Part shown: positions 63,360 to 64,000 of the stretch, one piece after another | How the letters are laid out: each line of letters starts with the position of its first letter | Position numbering within the stretch: the stretch's first letter is position 1 | Assembly (NCBI GenBank): GCA_963793425.1 | Contig: CAWCAG010000007.1 | Coordinates: 608,001-672,000, forward strand | Direction of reading: 5' to 3' | DNA: 64,000 nucleotides | DNA from: an uncultured cyanobacterium | Lineage (GTDB): Bacteria > Cyanobacteriota > Cyanobacteriia > Cyanobacteriales > CAWCAG01 | Translations under genes and position numbers: made by a program | Notes under the pieces: model-generated | Told to the model about the DNA's origin: nothing | Seen by the model: only the letters and a program-made list of their open reading frames with translations | Databases searched by the model: none

Positions 63360-64000
63360 TTAATCCTCAGCTTTAACAGCACCACCATTTTGTTGAACAA
63401 CATGGGTTAATTCATGGGCAATTAATTCCTGTCCATCTTTGCTGCTAGGATCGTAAGCCCCTTGGCGGAAGAAAACATCTTGTCCTGTGGTGAAAGCCCG
63501 TGCTTGAATTGACTGATTAAGCTGATCTGATTGACTATCGGTATGGACGTTAACGCCACTAAAATCTGCCCCAAAAGACTCTTCCATTGAGCCGCGAATG
63601 TTATCGCTTAAGGGTTGTCCATTGCCTCGTGATTGTTCAATAGAAGATTCTATATCTTCTCCTGCGGGTGTTCCTCCCCCTCCTGGTTGGCGTTGAAGAG
63701 TAGATTCTGGTTTCATTTGAACTTCTTCCTCTTCTTCAGGTAAAGCTTCTCTTTGAATGCTAGATTCTGGTTTCATTTGAACTTCTTCCTCTTCTTCAGG
63801 TAAAGCTTCCCGTTGAATGCTAGATTCTGGCTTCATCTGAAGTTCTTCCTCTTCGGGTAAAGCATCTCGTTGTACAGAAGCATTTTGTCCAGGAGAATTA
63901 ATCTGCTTAACTACTTGTGCTGCGGTAGCGTCTGCTTCTTGTTCATATTTATCTCCCACCTCACCAATAGTCAGCTTCGTTTGAATTGGTTGGGCTGGGG
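63360..64000 (-). CDS. DUF4157 (eCIS core-like) protein, C-terminal part; starts beyond the window
   Basis: IQTKLTIGEVGDKYEQEAD, FGADFSGVNVHTD, ARAFTTGQDVFF, AHELTHVVQQ. Confidence 0.92.
   Translation of the reverse strand, partial: PAQPIQTKLTIGEVGDKYEQEADATAAQVVKQINSPGQNASVQRDALPEEEELQMKPESSIQREALPEEEEEVQMKPESSIQREALPEEEEEVQMKPESTLQRQPGGGGTPAGEDIESSIEQSRGNGQPLSDNIRGSMEESFGADFSGVNVHTDSQSDQLNQSIQARAFTTGQDVFFRQGAYDPSSKDGQELIAHELTHVVQQNGGAVKAED
63691..63872 (-). repeat. about three 60-bp coding tandem repeats (QREALPEEEEEVQMKPESSI)
   Basis: Near-identical 60-nt units visible in consecutive sequence lines. Confidence 0.9.

Overview
Chromosomal window from a cyanobacterium: HIP1 octamer GCGATCGC throughout, plus apcABC, psaL-psaI, psb32 and nblB. 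It is probably not a heterocyst-former, since apcABC stands without an upstream apcE (inference only). Content is mostly housekeeping and signalling: purH, cyaC, two diguanylate cyclases, a cyanoexosortase-B/Wza/Wzc cluster, ppa, rlmN, groESL with CIRCE and K-box, hemL, ftsW, tlyA-sepF-proC, purA and rplY. Small accessory patches include a toxin-antitoxin/nuclease cluster and a Dam-type RM pair. Main non-obvious signals: (1) two tandem ~52-nt NsiR1-like sRNA units at 53.1-53.3 kb, each with its own TCCGGA (DIF1-like) -35 element and UUCG terminator; (2) a 274-bp non-autonomous IS200/IS605 element that keeps both end hairpins and the TnpB omega-RNA region, inserted into the hairpin after apcC; (3) an amine-oxidase pseudogene bracketed by a 49-bp HIP1-containing duplication of the ybaK 3' end; (4) CRP boxes near cyclic-nucleotide genes, one ahead of an unannotated 56-aa ORF. 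No tRNA, rRNA or CRISPR array was seen.
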